64,000 bases of DNA from Planktothrix tepida (lineage in GTDB: Bacteria; Cyanobacteriota; Cyanobacteriia; Cyanobacteriales; Microcoleaceae). Below are positions 60,595 to 64,000 of this stretch, piece after piece. Both the position numbers and the translations under genes were made by a program. The stretch lies in NCBI RefSeq assembly GCF_904830955.1, contig NZ_LR882970.1, one strand, 5' to 3'. The notes under the pieces are model-generated. The model was not told where the DNA came from. It worked only from the letters and a program-made list of their open reading frames with translations, and made no database searches. The stretch's first letter is position 1; each line of letters starts with the position of its first letter.

Positions 60595-63500
60595 ATGGAA
60601 GCTATCGCAATAATTGGAATGGGTTGTCGTTTCCCCAAAGCTCAAGATATAGAATCCTTCTGGAGACTACTGAAGGAAGGCCTAGATGCCATCACTGAGA
60701 TCCCGATACAGCGATGGGATATTAATGATCTATATACTCCCAAAGCAGGTACACCGGGAAAAACCGTGTCCCGTTGGGGCGGCTTCTTAGATAATATCGA
60801 TCATTTTGATCCTGACTTTTTCGAGATTCCCGTCGGTGATGCCCAGCGCATAGACCCCCATCATAGACTGGTATTAGAGGTGGCTTGGGAATCTTTAGAA
60901 AATGCTGGTATCGTCCCCCATACATTAGCAGGTAGTAAAACAGGGGTATTCATTGGCATGAGCCAAAGCGATCATAATAGACTGCTTTATAAAGATATAT
61001 CTGCCATAGATGCTGAAGATGGGCCCCACACATTTCTTTGTTTTGTAGCTAATCGCTTATCTTACTTGTTAAATTTGCAAGGGCCTAGTTTAGCGATTGA
61101 TACCGCTTGTTCTTCCTCTCTTGTTGCTGTACATTTAGCTTGTGAGAGTTTACGCACTGGTGAGTCTAATTTGGCTATTACTGGAGGAGTATCTTTACGT
61201 TTATCTCCAGAAGAATCAATTGCTCTTTCTCTCAAAGGGATGCTATCTCCTGATGGTCGCTGTAAAACTTTTGATGCTGAAGCGAATGGTTTTGTTAGGG
61301 GTGAAGGGTGCGGAATTGTTGTTCTCAAACGCCTTGATGATGCCCTTAAAGATAGAGATAATATTCTAGCTGTTATTAGAGGGTCGGCTGTTAACCATAA
61401 TGGTCTGAGTCATGGGATTACATCTCCTAATGGACTGGCTCAACAAAGACTGCTTCAACAAGCGCTGGAAAATGCTGAAGTCTCACCCAATCAAATTGGT
61501 TATGTGGAAACCCACGGGACTGCTTCGGCTTTAGGAGATGCTATTGAATATAAAGCCTTAAAAACAATATTAATGCCAAATCGAGAACCAGATCAACCTT
61601 GTTGGCTGGGCTCAGTTAAAAGTAGTATTGGTCATTTAGAAGCGGCGGCTGGAATAGCAAGTTTAATTAAGGCAACCCTATCCCTGCAACATCGACAGAT
61701 TTTTCCTAATCTACATATTAAACAAGTCAATCCTTATATTTCTTTAGCCGGGACAACTTTCTCGATCCCAACCGCTTTAGAGCCTTGGACTTCAAGCACA
61801 GAGTCAAGATTTGCTGGAGTAAGTTCTTTTGGTTTTGGGGGTACTAACTGTCATGTCATTTTAGAAGAAGCTCCGTTATTACCTCGGAAAAGTATCACCC
61901 CGATGGAACGTCCCCTACATCTTCTGACCCTATCAGCCAAGAGCGAAAAGGCACTATTAGACCTGGCAAATCTTTATAGAGAAAACTTGCAGAACAGTGA
62001 TGCTAATTTTTCCCTAGCAGACTTCTGTTTCAGTGCTAATACCGGAAGAACTCATTTTGACCATCGTTTAGCTGTTGTGGCAGAATCACAGGCAGTATTG
62101 GTAGAAAAGTTAGCGACTATTGCTCATCAAACTGATATTTTGGGAAGGGATAAAAAGCGATCGCTCAAGGGTCAGCAACCCAAAATAGTATTTTTATTCC
62201 CTGGACAGGGGACTCAATATCTTAATTCCTGTCGTCAACTCTACGAAACTCAACCGACTTTTCGGGCTATTTTAGATCGCTGCCAAGAAATTCTCCGCCC
62301 TTATTTAGATCAGCCACTACTAAAAATTTTATATCCAGAATATCAGAACACAGCCACTCATTTATTAACTGAAACAGCCTATACCCAACCTGCTTTATTC
62401 GCCCTGGAATATGCCTTAGCTGAGTTATGGAAATCTTGGGGGATCATCCCGGATGCTGTTATGGGTTATAGCCTGGGTGAATATGTAGCAGCTTGTGTGG
62501 CTGGGGTGTTTAGTTTAGAAGATGCCCTCAGTCTAGTCGCCCAACGGGGACATTTAATGCAATCTTTATCGCCGCAGGGAGTAATGGTGGAGGTTTTGGC
62601 GGATGTGACCCAGGTGGAAACTGCTATTGCACCTTATCGATATAAGGTGGCGATCGCAGCCGTCAACAGTCCTAAAAATATCATTATTTCGGGTGAAATT
62701 GAGGCAGTTGAAGCCGTCGTCGCAACTTTGCAAAATGATAATATTAAAACCCGAAAGTTAAACTACAATCTAGCTTTCCATTCTCCTTTAATGGAACCCG
62801 TTGCCACCGCCTTTAAACCCATTGCTTCAACCATAACTTATTCATCCCCAAAAATTAGGATCATTTCTCCGATTACGGCACAGCCCATTCAAGCAGAAAT
62901 CGCAACTCCTGAATATTGGTGCAATCAGATTCACCAGCCAGTCCGATTTGCTGATAGCATCAAGACTCTTGATCATCAAGGTTATAAAGTCTTTGTGGAG
63001 GTAGGCCCCCAATCTCTACTTTTGGCAATGGGTAGAGAGTGTTTAGATCCGGGTGTGGGGGTTTGGTTAACGGGGGCTAGTTCCGATGGGTCAGACTGGC
63101 TACAACTCCTGCAAAATTTAGCAACTTTATATTTACAAGGAGTTCCTGTAGATTGGCATGGTTTTGATCGGGATTATCCTCGAAATTGGCAATTACTACC
63201 AACTTATCCCTTCCAAAAACAACGATACTGGTTTGATCAAGATGCCAATAGTTTTTACCAAACTACCCCATTATCAAACCCAGTATCAAACCCAGAAATA
63301 GCTTGTCAAAATAGTCTGAAAACCCCATCAAACCCCGATTTAAAAACAACTCTAAATTCTGATTCTACTGACGATTTAGCTTCATTGGTTTTGACTCCTA
63401 CAGCCGAATCAATTCAAAATTGGATAGTCAATTGGCTGCATCAAAATTTACCCGGAGAAATTCAATTAACAGACAATAGCAAATCAGGAAAATCTTTTCT

Positions 63501-64000
63501 GGATTATGGACTCAAATCCATAGGAGCAGTAAAATTAGCTAAAGATTTAGAACAATTGCTCGGACGTTCCTTAGAAGCCACAATTGTTTGGAATTTTCCG
63601 ACTATTGAATCTTTAGCGCTGCACTTAGCTGGTGATCCAGAAAACCCAGTTTCAACGGTTGAAGAGGAGCACAAAAAGTTAATCAGTCCATTCCCCGTTG
63701 GCAAAAAAGCGATGCAATTTAGCTTATTATATTTTGCCAGTAACGAAGCTGAATTCAAAGATGACAAGTACAGATTATTAATAGAAAGTAGCCAATTCGC
63801 TGATAAACATGGCTTTAGCGCAGTTTGGATACCCGAACGCCATTTTCATGCTTTTGGTGGACTTTACCCCAATCCTGCGGTTTTGGGTTCTGCTCTGGCA
63901 ATGGTAACAGATCGCATTCGTATTCGTGCGGGTAGCGTGGTTTTACCCCTACATAACCCTATCCGAGTGGCTGAAGAGTGGGCGGTGGTGGATAACCTTT
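60595..64000 (+). CDS. Type I polyketide synthase, KS-AT-ACP-LLM (luciferase-like monooxygenase) domains; 3'-partial
   Basis: KS: GMGCRFP...DTACSSSLVAVHLAC...HGTASALGD...GHLEAAAG. AT: GQGTQYL...GYSLGEYVA. ACP: DYGLKSIGAVKLA. Then MQFSLLYFASNEAEF...HGFSAVWIPERHFHAFGGLYPNPAVLG (LLM fold). There is no stop codon before the window end and no loading domain before the KS. Confidence 0.9.
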   Translation, partial: MEAIAIIGMGCRFPKAQDIESFWRLLKEGLDAITEIPIQRWDINDLYTPKAGTPGKTVSRWGGFLDNIDHFDPDFFEIPVGDAQRIDPHHRLVLEVAWESLENAGIVPHTLAGSKTGVFIGMSQSDHNRLLYKDISAIDAEDGPHTFLCFVANRLSYLLNLQGPSLAIDTACSSSLVAVHLACESLRTGESNLAITGGVSLRLSPEESIALSLKGMLSPDGRCKTFDAEANGFVRGEGCGIVVLKRLDDALKDRDNILAVIRGSAVNHNGLSHGITSPNGLAQQRLLQQALENAEVSPNQIGYVETHGTASALGDAIEYKALKTILMPNREPDQPCWLGSVKSSIGHLEAAAGIASLIKATLSLQHRQIFPNLHIKQVNPYISLAGTTFSIPTALEPWTSSTESRFAGVSSFGFGGTNCHVILEEAPLLPRKSITPMERPLHLLTLSAKSEKALLDLANLYRENLQNSDANFSLADFCFSANTGRTHFDHRLAVVAESQAVLVEKLATIAHQTDILGRDKKRSLKGQQPKIVFLFPGQGTQYLNSCRQLYETQPTFRAILDRCQEILRPYLDQPLLKILYPEYQNTATHLLTETAYTQPALFALEYALAELWKSWGIIPDAVMGYSLGEYVAACVAGVFSLEDALSLVAQRGHLMQSLSPQGVMVEVLADVTQVETAIAPYRYKVAIAAVNSPKNIIISGEIEAVEAVVATLQNDNIKTRKLNYNLAFHSPLMEPVATAFKPIASTITYSSPKIRIISPITAQPIQAEIATPEYWCNQIHQPVRFADSIKTLDHQGYKVFVEVGPQSLLLAMGRECLDPGVGVWLTGASSDGSDWLQLLQNLATLYLQGVPVDWHGFDRDYPRNWQLLPTYPFQKQRYWFDQDANSFYQTTPLSNPVSNPEIACQNSLKTPSNPDLKTTLNSDSTDDLASLVLTPTAESIQNWIVNWLHQNLPGEIQLTDNSKSGKSFLDYGLKSIGAVKLAKDLEQLLGRSLEATIVWNFPTIESLALHLAGDPENPVSTVEEEHKKLISPFPVGKKAMQFSLLYFASNEAEFKDDKYRLLIESSQFADKHGFSAVWIPERHFHAFGGLYPNPAVLGSALAMVTDRIRIRAGSVVLPLHNPIRVAEEWAVVDNL

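Noticed and set aside
61062-61369. Small ORFs within and antisense to the PKS KS domain
   Set aside because: The KS-AT reading frame is continuous with all catalytic motifs.

Overview
This 64-kb window looks like chromosomal DNA from a filamentous cyanobacterium. The HIP1 octamer GCGATCGC recurs dozens of times, and there are heptamer/octamer STRR-like tandem repeats and hallmark cyanobacterial genes. Identified core genes are the chlL-orf-chlN dark protochlorophyllide reductase operon, two tandem petF ferredoxins next to a biliverdin reductase, thiO, pgl, an lptA-lptB-lptFG operon, lemA, a P-type Ca2+-ATPase, nupC, an SLC13 transporter, gshA, grxC and a glcD-like oxidase. Three AT-rich islets lacking HIP1 sit among these genes. 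The first holds a prlF-yhaV toxin-antitoxin pair plus an orphan gene. The second is a complete C-protein / restriction endonuclease / m5C-methyltransferase cassette that appears to truncate an SH3b gene. The third is an overlapping AAA-ATPase + TOPRIM-like pair that resembles PARIS/OLD-type anti-phage systems. A hicBA pair is also present. An eight-gene cluster (UbiA-type phosphoribosyltransferase, ArnE/F-like 4-TM protein, two SDR epimerases, DUF218, GMC oxidoreductase, GT-C-like membrane protein) resembles a polyprenyl-phosphate-pentose pathway of the decaprenyl-phospho-arabinose type. A natural-product locus combines a stand-alone ACP, four tandem membrane desaturase paralogs and a FAAL (an expanded JamABC-like starter cassette) with a downstream type I PKS (KS-AT-ACP-luciferase-like monooxygenase, open at the window end). 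Between them lie an IS605-family solo tnpB and a 28-bp palindromic element that also occurs 40 kb away with flanking direct repeats. No rRNA, tRNA or CRISPR array was found. The ORF track omits proteins under 60 aa; one 49-aa candidate is flagged.
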